Assembly (NCBI GenBank): GCA_009784815.1
Contig: WQXN01000001.1
Span: forward strand, 65,857 to 129,856
Direction: 5' to 3'
Source: Alphaproteobacteria bacterium
Lineage (GTDB): Bacteria > Pseudomonadota > Alphaproteobacteria > Rs-D84
Length of the DNA stretch: 64,000 nt
Position 1 is the first letter of the stretch, and each line of letters begins with the position of its first letter. The position numbers were made by a program, and so were the translations under genes. The notes beneath the pieces are model-generated. The model saw only the letters and a list, made by a program, of their open reading frames with translations, had not been told where the DNA came from and made no database searches. Shown here one piece after another: positions 8,826-16,182 of the stretch.

Positions 8826-8854
8826 AATAATCCTGATAAAAAAAGAAGTCGGAC

Positions 8855-10609
8855 GTGGAAGAAAAATCATTGCTTGGCAAGGTTTGGTCCTGCGCGCATA
8901 TAGACCGCGCCGAGGCCGAGGCGATTTCGCGGCGCCATGGCCTGTCGCTTGACGCGGCGTCCCTGCTGGTCGCGCGCGGTGTTACGGATGTCGAAGTTTT
9001 CTTAAAGCCAAGCCTGGCCGCCTCCATGCCGGATCCTTTTGTAATAAAAGATATGGATAAGGCCGTCGAGGTAGTCGCCGCTTCCGTGCTTGCCGGTGAA
9101 AAAATCGCGATATTCGGAGACTATGACGTGGATGGCATAACTTCCGCCGCAGTCATTATCAAATATTTCAGGGCCGTCGATTATGGCGAGAACATAATAT
9201 GGCATCTGCCAAGCCGCGATGCCGAAGGGTACGGGCTTAACAACGCTTCGATCGATGAATTTGACAAGGCCGGCGCGAAGCTTGTCATAACCGTCGACTG
9301 CGGAATCTCGGCCCATAGGGAAGCCGAATATGCGGCATCAAAGGGAATCAAGCTTGTCATTACCGATCACCACAACCAGGATGGCGATACTGTGCCGGTG
9401 GCGGCCGCGGTCGTCAATCCTAAACGCGCGGAAGATAATTCGGGACTGGATATGTTGGCGGGAGTGGGCGTAGTGTTCATGTTTTTGATAGCGCTTAACC
9501 GCCGCCTTAGACAGGTCGGATATTTCGGCGACGCGCGCCCCGAACCCGACATGAAAAGCTTTTTGGACCTTGTGGCCATAGGCACAGTTTGCGACACTAT
9601 GCCTTTGGTGGGATTGAACCGCGGCATAGTAGCGGCGGGTCTTCGAATCGCGAACAATTGGCAAAACCTGGGCCTGAAAGTTTTGGCTGGCGTCGCTGGC
9701 TGCAAGACTATCGACGTTTATTCCGCGGGCTTCATGCTTGGTCCTAGGCTTAATGCTTCGGGGCGTCTTGCCTCGGCCGACGACAGCTTGCGTCTTTTGC
9801 TGACGGACAACTTTAATGACGCGCTTGCCTATTCCCAAAGACTGGACGAGCTGAATGAAAAACGCAAAAACATAGAGCAGGGCATATTGATGCTTGCGGA
9901 CGAGATGATAGAGTCGAATTTGGATGCGAATAAAAACTGCGTTCTTGTCTGCGGTGAAAACTGGCACGGCGGAGTCATGGGGATAATCGCGGGACGCCTA
10001 AAGGAAAAATATTACCGGCCCGTATGCGTCGCGACCATCCGCGAGGATGGCGTGGCTTCGGGATCGGGCCGGTCCGTTCCCGAAATCGATTTGGGCGGAA
10101 TAATCGAATCCGCGAAGGCGAAGGAAATTTTAATATCGGGCGGAGGTCACGCCGTCGCGGCGGGATTCAGTTTAAAGGCTGAAAATATCCCCGCCTTCCG
10201 CGAACATCTTGATCGATGTGTAGCCGAACAAATGAACGGCCGCGAATTCCTGCCCGTAATAAAAGCCGATCTGATTCTTGACTCGGCCTCGGCGACTTTG
10301 GACCTGGTTCGCGAGTTTCAAAATTTCGCTCCGTTCGGCCAAAACAACCCCGAGCCTTCCTTTATAATAACCGGTGGTATTCTCGACTGGGCCGAACCGG
10401 TCGGGAACGGACACCTTAAGCTTGCTTTTTTAACCCCGGTCGGCAGGCTGTCCGCGATAGGGTTCGGATTGCTTAGAACCCGGATAGGAGAGTTCTTTAT
10501 GAATGACGTCAACCGCGGCCGACCCGTTAAACTGTTTGGAAAACTGAAAGAAAACACTTACAATGGAAACACAAGCGTGCAGCTTGTTCTGGAGGATGTT
10601 CATGTTTAA
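8855..10609 (+). CDS. recJ: Single-stranded-DNA-specific exonuclease RecJ
   Basis: DHH motifs IFGDYDVDGITS, ITVDCG and VITDHH. DHHA1 motif GGGHAVAAG. GTG start. Confidence 0.95.
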   Translation: MEEKSLLGKVWSCAHIDRAEAEAISRRHGLSLDAASLLVARGVTDVEVFLKPSLAASMPDPFVIKDMDKAVEVVAASVLAGEKIAIFGDYDVDGITSAAVIIKYFRAVDYGENIIWHLPSRDAEGYGLNNASIDEFDKAGAKLVITVDCGISAHREAEYAASKGIKLVITDHHNQDGDTVPVAAAVVNPKRAEDNSGLDMLAGVGVVFMFLIALNRRLRQVGYFGDARPEPDMKSFLDLVAIGTVCDTMPLVGLNRGIVAAGLRIANNWQNLGLKVLAGVAGCKTIDVYSAGFMLGPRLNASGRLASADDSLRLLLTDNFNDALAYSQRLDELNEKRKNIEQGILMLADEMIESNLDANKNCVLVCGENWHGGVMGIIAGRLKEKYYRPVCVATIREDGVASGSGRSVPEIDLGGIIESAKAKEILISGGGHAVAAGFSLKAENIPAFREHLDRCVAEQMNGREFLPVIKADLILDSASATLDLVREFQNFAPFGQNNPEPSFIITGGILDWAEPVGNGHLKLAFLTPVGRLSAIGFGLLRTRIGEFFMNDVNRGRPVKLFGKLKENTYNGNTSVQLVLEDVHV

Positions 10610-11222
10610 GACCTTTATTGCGGCTTTGGCTATTATGCTGGCGCCCGGCTTGGCCTTTGGTCAAATAGACGGCAATCTGATCAAAAAGGCCGAGAATTAT
10701 CTTAATGCCCTAACCGGGCTGGAAGGTGATTTTTCGCAGACTGTAAACCGCGGACGACCCGAATCCGGCAAATTCTATATGCTGCGCCCCGGTCGCTTGC
10801 GCCTGGATTACGACAAAATGCCGGTCCAACTGATATCCGACGGAAGCAACTTGTTCTTTTACGACAAATCTTTGGATCAGATTACGACCATACCGGCTTC
10901 CGCCACCCCGGCAAGCATCTTGACGCGTGATAAAATCGATCTTGTCAGGGCCGACATTTTAGTCGTGGAAACGAATCAATATTCAAAGGGCTTTTCGCTT
11001 AAGTTGATCCTGAAGGATAATCCCGGCTTGGGGCAGATGAGGGTAATATTCGCCGATGAACCGGCGCGTCTTTCCGGCTGGGAATTGATTGACGCGACCG
11101 GCAGTGCGACCGTGGTAGATTTAAAGTCGCTTAAAACGCGTACGGATTTTCCTCGCGGCTTCTTCAACGTTCAGCGCCGCAGAACCGAAGGCGTTCGGAC
11201 CGGGGACGCGTTCTATGAATAA
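10602..11222 (+). CDS. lolA: Outer-membrane lipoprotein carrier LolA
   Basis: Signal peptide MFKTFIAALAIMLAPGLAFG and LolA-like LEGDFSQTV...GKFYMLRPGRLRLDY. GGAGG RBS lies 6 nt before the ATG at 10602. Overlaps the recJ stop. Confidence 0.8.
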   Translation: MFKTFIAALAIMLAPGLAFGQIDGNLIKKAENYLNALTGLEGDFSQTVNRGRPESGKFYMLRPGRLRLDYDKMPVQLISDGSNLFFYDKSLDQITTIPASATPASILTRDKIDLVRADILVVETNQYSKGFSLKLILKDNPGLGQMRVIFADEPARLSGWELIDATGSATVVDLKSLKTRTDFPRGFFNVQRRRTEGVRTGDAFYE

Positions 11223-11233
11223 AAGGATGTTAA

Positions 11234-11524
11234 GTGTTTGGCATTAGCGCGGCTGAATTTTTATTGATCGGTATAGTCGCTTTGCTGGTGATTCCGGCAA
11301 GACGTTGGCCCGAAGTTTTTAGGGCGGCCGCAAAACTGTTCAACTTTGTTCGCGACATGACTTGGCGCGTGAGAGACAAGATAGACGAAATTTCCGAAGA
11401 GGTTTCGAAATACGATCCGACCGAAGCCTTGTCCAAAAAAACCATGGAGGACATGATGGCGACTTTCGCAAGTCCGGTCAAAGGTAAAAGGAAAAAGGTA
11501 AAAGAAAAAAGGTCGGCGAAATGA
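11234..11524 (+). CDS. tatB: Twin-arginine translocase subunit TatB
   Basis: MFGISAAEFLLIGIVALLVIPARRWPE followed by a long helical tail. GTG start with an AAGGA RBS. ATGA overlap with tatC. Confidence 0.8.
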   Translation: MFGISAAEFLLIGIVALLVIPARRWPEVFRAAAKLFNFVRDMTWRVRDKIDEISEEVSKYDPTEALSKKTMEDMMATFASPVKGKRKKVKEKRSAK

Positions 11525-12279
11525 GCGGCTTGAAAATGAGACTGGTCGAGCATATAGCCGAGCTGCGCCGCCGGATTTTCTGGTGCGCTCTGTTCTTTGC
11601 GGCGGCCTTTGTCATAGGATGGCAGTCGGCCCCCGATGCGCTGGACGCTCTTACCGCTCCGCTGGCCGAGGCTTGGTCGGGCGGGGTATTGATGTATAAT
11701 TCCCTGACTGCGCCGCTTATGATTCGGCTGAATTTGTCGCTTATGATCGCGTTGGCGCTGTCTATGCCGTTCTTCGTGTTTCAAACCTTTCGCTTTGCGC
11801 GGCCGGCTTTAAAAAAGGGCGAGGCAGGGATCATGCTGGGCGTTATGCTGGCTTCCCCGGCATTCTTCGTTCTTGGCGCGGCCTTCGTGTACTTCGCGCT
11901 TATGCCTCTGATGTTCCAATTTTTCGTAAGTTTTGCCGATGAGGGGTCTTTTGCTTCGATCCTGCTTCCTGATATGTCGGGCTATATAGCTTTATGCGTA
12001 AGCCTTATGAAGACTTTCGGTTTGGCGTTTCAGTTTCCGATTATCCTTGTGGTTCTGAACCGGCTTGGGGTTTTATCTCGCAGCTGGGCTGTAAAATCGC
12101 GCCGCTATGTCTGGGTTGGGATGTTCGTGCTTGCGTCCGTGTTGACTCCACCCGATGTGGTTTCCGCGGTAGCCTTGGCTTTTCCGCTGATATTTCTGTT
12201 TGAAGGAAGTTTGCTGTTTATGAAAAATGAAAAACCGATTTTAGGGGATAATCAAAAAGGCCCAAGAAAATCTGTTTAG
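11521..12279 (+). CDS. tatC: Twin-arginine translocase subunit TatC
   Basis: LVEHIAELRRRIF..., six TM segments, ...LTPPDVVS motif. Confidence 0.95.
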   Translation: MSGLKMRLVEHIAELRRRIFWCALFFAAAFVIGWQSAPDALDALTAPLAEAWSGGVLMYNSLTAPLMIRLNLSLMIALALSMPFFVFQTFRFARPALKKGEAGIMLGVMLASPAFFVLGAAFVYFALMPLMFQFFVSFADEGSFASILLPDMSGYIALCVSLMKTFGLAFQFPIILVVLNRLGVLSRSWAVKSRRYVWVGMFVLASVLTPPDVVSAVALAFPLIFLFEGSLLFMKNEKPILGDNQKGPRKSV

Positions 12280-12284
12280 CTTAT

Positions 12285-13292
12285 TTATATATCTATCCGA
12301 TCCAATATACGGTTCATTTGGCCGCGGATATTGCCGTCTTGTCTTTTTAACTGGCTGCGGAGAGTTTTATGTATATCGGTGATTTTTAAGTCGTTTATCC
12401 CGGCGCGATCCAATACCCTTTGCCAGGCGCGCTTGGGGTCCACAAGATGCCCCGCTCCCGCTCCTGTGCTTGGAAATACGAATTTAGATTTCTGCGGGAG
12501 GGATTCAAGCAGCACTACCGCTTGGTCCGCAAGGGGTTTTCCGTTCCAAGTGTTAAGATTCAGGTCCAAATCGTCCCAGCGCATTGCTAAAACTTTGCTT
12601 TTGTTCGCAAAGCCGTAGGCCAGCATTTTAAGGGCCGCCCTCATGTTAGGGTTTTTTTCCATATCTATCGCGCGGCCGATCAGCGAAAATTCCCCCGCGC
12701 TGATATGGCGCGATCCTTTTCGTTCGAAAAATTTTTCAAGATCTTTTGTAGGATTGTCCGATGCGTATCCTTCTTCAATCGCGGCGTTGAATATAGCCGA
12801 CATGGTTTCCCGCATACGGTTAGCGGTGGACTGGCCGTTTTCCTGGGCGATTTTTGAATGCAGTAGCGACAACTGCGCCGGCGTTATGTCGGAAAGCTTC
12901 AGGGGCAGGACTTCGGTCCAAAGACGCCCTATGTTGCGTTCCAGTTTTTTCTTGGATGCCGCTTCACGCCGGACTCTGTGTTTCAAAAACAATTCCGTCA
13001 TTTTGCCCAAAGTCATTTTGCCGGTCCTGATCGGCAGCGGAGTTTTCATTTTAATTATCGCTGTACCGGCCAGCTCGCGCGCGTCGTCTATGTCTATGTC
13101 GGGATAGTTGCCCAGTATCTTGCGGGTGTCTTTTCCGCGAGCTCGTTTTCTGACGAAAAATGTTTTCGCTCCGTTTGCCGTAATATAAAGCTGAAGGTCG
13201 GGATGATACGAATCACGCACCACTTCAAAGCCGGTTTTCGGCGGTATCAGGCTGTCCAGGACGGCGGAAGTGAAGGGAAAGCGAAGCGACAT
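12285..13292 (-). CDS. Degenerate P4-type (Arm/DUF4102 N-terminus) phage integrase, probably catalytically dead
   Basis: The N-terminus ...FEVVRDSYHPDLQLYITANGAKTFFVRKR... is the typical integrase arm-binding domain. The ORF is only 335 aa. The LAMRWDDLDL and IHKTLR relics are present. I cannot find the C-terminal His/Trp...Tyr segment, and the first catalytic Arg position reads N/K. Confidence 0.6.
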   Translation of the reverse strand: MSLRFPFTSAVLDSLIPPKTGFEVVRDSYHPDLQLYITANGAKTFFVRKRARGKDTRKILGNYPDIDIDDARELAGTAIIKMKTPLPIRTGKMTLGKMTELFLKHRVRREAASKKKLERNIGRLWTEVLPLKLSDITPAQLSLLHSKIAQENGQSTANRMRETMSAIFNAAIEEGYASDNPTKDLEKFFERKGSRHISAGEFSLIGRAIDMEKNPNMRAALKMLAYGFANKSKVLAMRWDDLDLNLNTWNGKPLADQAVVLLESLPQKSKFVFPSTGAGAGHLVDPKRAWQRVLDRAGINDLKITDIHKTLRSQLKRQDGNIRGQMNRILDRIDI

Positions 13293-13372
13293 GGTAAAAT
13301 CTCTCTGTTTTGACCGGGTTCGTATTGCCGATTATATAGGAGTATCTGCAATTGGTCAAGAGGAAATCATGC

Positions 13373-13403
13373 TTGACATTTGGCCGCGGGGGGGGGGTAG
13401 CAT
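13373..13403 (+). promoter_or_regulatory. Sigma70-like promoter with a G10 tract in the spacer (pyrE-pyrF)
   Basis: TTGACA 13373-13378, 19-bp spacer ending in G10 (13388-13397), TAGCAT 13398-13403. pyrE ATG at 13455. Confidence 0.5.
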
Positions 13404-13454
13404 TCGGATCAGAGGGCGAGAGAGGCAACGAAACTATAACCTAAAGGAAATGTT

Positions 13455-14171
13455 ATGTCTGACTTTACGCCCGATCAAGTGACCGGCATGAAGGCCGAGC
13501 TTGTACAAGGTTTTATGGATAAAAATATCCTGAGAATTGCAGCCGCCGAAGAAGAGCTTGCGCCGGAAAACGGCCCCGGCTGGTTCAGATTAAAAAATAA
13601 ATCCCTCTCGCCTTTGTTTTGGAGCATTCAGACCCTTCATTCTTATCCGAGATTATTCGAGCTTATGATTATTCTTATGTCCGAAAAAATCAACGAGGCC
13701 GGAATCCGATACGACCATATCATGGGCGTGCCCGAAGGCGGAAAATGCCTTGCGGCGGCGCTGGGTTTCTATCGCGACGAAAGCATTATTTATATGCGTA
13801 AAGAACCGAAAGATCACGGCCAGGGAGGCTTGTTGATCGGAGATTACAAGGAAGGCGACAAGGTGCTTGCGGTTGAAGACGTTATAACAAGCGGCGGTTC
13901 CGTGGATCGCGACGCGTCCGACAAGCTTATACAGGGTACCAGCGGCCAGCTTGAAGTGACAAGCGCCATAGTCGGGCTTGATCGCCAGCAGAAGGGCGCG
14001 GGCGAAGATCCGACTCAGAACGGCGCGGCCTACCTTGCTTCCAAGGGTATCGAATTGCTTTCCGTCTTCACTCAGGCCGAAGCGATAAAATACTGGGAGC
14101 CGAAAACCGATCATCATAAAGCCATGAAGCCGATCATCGAGGCTTATTTGGCGAAAACCATCGTATCGTAA
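13455..14171 (+). CDS. pyrE: Orotate phosphoribosyltransferase-like (type I PRTase)
   Basis: PRPP-binding motif KVLAVEDVITSGGS, upstream MGVPEGGKCLAAAL, and KEPKDHGQGG flexible loop. Adjacent to pyrF. Confidence 0.75.
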   Translation: MSDFTPDQVTGMKAELVQGFMDKNILRIAAAEEELAPENGPGWFRLKNKSLSPLFWSIQTLHSYPRLFELMIILMSEKINEAGIRYDHIMGVPEGGKCLAAALGFYRDESIIYMRKEPKDHGQGGLLIGDYKEGDKVLAVEDVITSGGSVDRDASDKLIQGTSGQLEVTSAIVGLDRQQKGAGEDPTQNGAAYLASKGIELLSVFTQAEAIKYWEPKTDHHKAMKPIIEAYLAKTIVS

Positions 14172-14183
14172 AAGGAGTTTATA

Positions 14184-15023
14184 ATGGCTAATGATAAGAT
14201 AATAGTTGCTTTGGATTATCCGAACGAAGGCGCCGCGCTTGAACTTGTGCGCAAATGCGACGGCCGTCCGGTAAAATTCAAAATAGGCAAAGAGCTGTTC
14301 ACCAACGCGGGGCCCGACATCGTGTCCAAGATCATAGATCTTGGCGGATATGTCTTTCTTGACTTGAAATACAACGATATATCGAACACTGTTAAGGGTG
14401 CTGCGAAAGCCGCCGCGAATCTTGGTGTGGACCTGTTCAATATGCATGCAAGCGCCGGATTTGAAAAAATGAAGGCGGCGAAAGAAGGCGTGACGGAAGT
14501 CGCCTCCAAGGAGCCGTTCAGAGAACCGAGAGTTATAGCCGTCACTTGTCTTACCGATATGGACGAGCATGATCTGAAATTGATCGGAGTAAACGAGACT
14601 CCGGCCGAATACGCCGCGCGCCTTGCGAACTTGGCCAAGCATGCCGGAATGGACGGCGTGGTCTGCTCTCCGAAAGAGCTGCCGATCATGCGTTATATTC
14701 TGGGTGACGACGCTACTTTGGTGACTCCGGGCATACGTCCCAGATGGTCCGAGGCCAACGAACAGAAACGCATTACCACTCCGGCGGACGCGATTGCTAA
14801 CGGAGCCACCATGCTGGTCATAGGCCGCCCGATTACGGGGCACGAGGATCCGGCCAAGGCGATAGATCTTATCGCGGACGAAATTTTGGCCGCCATGCCG
14901 CGATATAATTCGAACGTTTTGAATCAGGACGACAGGACAAAGCTGGATGACTATCTAAAGCAGCGCAACATGGAGCTTGCGGCTTATATGAAGCTTCGAG
15001 GCCGCCAGCAGAGCTGTTCGTAA
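14184..15023 (+). CDS. pyrF: Orotidine-5'-phosphate decarboxylase, with a roughly 40-aa C-terminal extension
   Basis: IIVALDYP..., FKIGKELF, FLDLKYNDISNTV (DxKxxD), LVIGRPIT. Confidence 0.9.
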   Translation: MANDKIIVALDYPNEGAALELVRKCDGRPVKFKIGKELFTNAGPDIVSKIIDLGGYVFLDLKYNDISNTVKGAAKAAANLGVDLFNMHASAGFEKMKAAKEGVTEVASKEPFREPRVIAVTCLTDMDEHDLKLIGVNETPAEYAARLANLAKHAGMDGVVCSPKELPIMRYILGDDATLVTPGIRPRWSEANEQKRITTPADAIANGATMLVIGRPITGHEDPAKAIDLIADEILAAMPRYNSNVLNQDDRTKLDDYLKQRNMELAAYMKLRGRQQSCS

Positions 15024-15030
15024 ATGTAAA

Positions 15031-15060
15031 AAACAAAGGGCCTTCCGGCCCTTTGTTTTT
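15031..15060. terminator. Bidirectional intrinsic terminator between convergent pyrF and the radical-SAM gene
   Basis: AAACAAAGGGCC-TTCC-GGCCCTTTGTTT perfect 12-bp stem, flanked by an A-run and a T-run. Confidence 0.8.
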
Positions 15061-15982
15061 ATCGCATCTTTTCTGATATTTTTTGTGCGGCAAGGTCAAG
15101 AAGTTCGTCGCGAAGCTGGCCTGCCGGGATGAACCGGCCTTTCTTATTCCTATAATTTACCGCTATGCTGTTGTCCATGCCTAAGGTGAGGGCAAGCTTG
15201 CCGTTGCTTGTGAAGTTGTATCCAAGAAAGCGCGACTCGCCTTTTTCTTCTATGTGATCCAGTTCGTCCTTCCAGTCCAAGTCGTGCTTGTGCGGCCAAT
15301 CCAGTTTTTTGGCGCGTCCTATGTTGATCAAATGTCCGCTCCATCTGTCCAAGCGCGTCCGGCCCACATATTCCGAAATTTTCAGTTTCTTTTCGTAAGG
15401 CAGGCCTGTGGCAAGAATCCGATCCATATTTTCGTTAAACCAGGCTGTTTGAATCATAACTTCCGAGCTTATGTTTCTAAGCTTCGGATTTGTGTAAAGC
15501 TCGGTCATGATCTGAATATTCTCGGAAAAATTGTCGTGCCATTGATCCATCGAAAGATGAAGCTTGAAAAGATCGGATGATTTGGTTGCCAGCAGCTCTA
15601 GGTCAGCTATGAAGCGGTCGTAATATTTTGCGCCGGCTTTGGCTATCCAGCCGTTGGTTTTAAGGATCATTAAAGAATTGCGCTTGATCCCGGCAAGGCA
15701 TATATCACTTAGGTAATTAGGGTCTATGTCGTAGGCAAGTGTGGCTTCGCCGCCGCTTATCAGAAACCCTCCGCATTTGAAGCGGGGGTTATGGCGCAGC
15801 TCGTCCATGTAGAATATTACGTCTTCTTTGGGTATAAGTTTGTTTTTTACGCCTGGCCCCGAATTCTCGCCGCAGTGCGCGCATGCAAGATTGCACGACC
15901 GGGTTATTGAAAACTTTGTCGTGTAGTCGACAGTCGCGCTTGCCAGTAGTTCGCGGATTTCCGAATATGATTTGTCTGGCAT
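15059..15982 (-). CDS. Radical SAM protein, function unknown (308 aa)
   Basis: CxxxCxxC cluster motif SCNLACAHCGEN and GGE motif FLISGGEATL. Start placed at the ATG at 15982 (MPDKSY...) behind an AGGAGGG RBS. The track start at 16054 is the TTG of a TTGACA -35 box and reads through the C9 tract. Confidence 0.8.
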   Translation of the reverse strand: MPDKSYSEIRELLASATVDYTTKFSITRSCNLACAHCGENSGPGVKNKLIPKEDVIFYMDELRHNPRFKCGGFLISGGEATLAYDIDPNYLSDICLAGIKRNSLMILKTNGWIAKAGAKYYDRFIADLELLATKSSDLFKLHLSMDQWHDNFSENIQIMTELYTNPKLRNISSEVMIQTAWFNENMDRILATGLPYEKKLKISEYVGRTRLDRWSGHLINIGRAKKLDWPHKHDLDWKDELDHIEEKGESRFLGYNFTSNGKLALTLGMDNSIAVNYRNKKGRFIPAGQLRDELLDLAAQKISEKMR

Positions 15983-16010
15983 TTTAACCCTCCTATAGGT
16001 ATGCAGACCT

Positions 16011-16038
16011 ATTTTAAGGGGGGGGGTAAATTTGTCAA
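16011..16038 (-). promoter_or_regulatory. Sigma70-like promoter with a C9 tract (coding-strand sense) in the spacer
   Basis: Minus strand reads TTGACA (16038-16033) AATTTA C9 (16026-16018) TTAAAAT (16017-11). The spacer is 15-16 bp. A second TTGACA lies at 16054-16049. Confidence 0.5.
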
Positions 16039-16182
16039 GTAAATAATTTGTCAAATATTAGTCGGGATATACAGACAGATGGCAAAAATAAAATAAGTTC
16101 GGGGCAAGCGACCGATGCCTGCGGCTGGGTTGGCTAGGCCAAACCAAGATCGCTGGGAAAGGGATGCTGGGCAGCCATGGGG

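Noticed and set aside
8815-8852. GAAGCTAAAATAAtcctgatAAAAAAAGAAG downstream of mutL resembles the conserved hairpin loop
   Set aside because: It has no complementary flanking arms, a 7-nt insertion and partial overlap with the mutL stop. The evidence is insufficient to call a fourth copy.
9338-9967. 209-aa antisense ORF inside recJ. The same applies to 33110-33844 in uvrB, 57157-57879 in rluC, 60367-61104, 28697-29269 and 32387-33040.
   Set aside because: All lie opposite conserved, motif-bearing genes and have no recognisable features of their own.
12280-13454. Looked for a tRNA gene or att direct repeats flanking the integrase remnant
   Set aside because: No cloverleaf-like sequence or obvious repeat was found by eye. 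Short att cores cannot be excluded without computation.
13653-14843. 396-aa minus-strand ORF spanning pyrE-pyrF
   Set aside because: It is antisense to two genes with clear catalytic motifs. Its product is Arg/Gly/His-rich and low in complexity, with no RBS context. This is a typical shadow ORF.
15983-16054. N-terminal extension of the radical-SAM ORF (MTNYLLDKFTPPLKIGLHTYRRVK)
   Set aside because: The extension starts at the TTG of a TTGACA box and reads through the C9 tract and the AGGAGGG RBS. The internal ATG at 15982 has proper signals.
16055-16182. GC-rich 128-bp spacer downstream of parE with local hairpins (GGTTGGC-TAG-GCCAAACC) and near-repeats GATGCCTGCGGCTGGG / GATGCTGGGCAGCC; considered as an sRNA or SRP-like RNA
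   Set aside because: No convincing promoter-terminator pair and no match to the 4.5S, 6S or tmRNA motifs I know. It is probably just the parE 3' UTR with a weak terminator.
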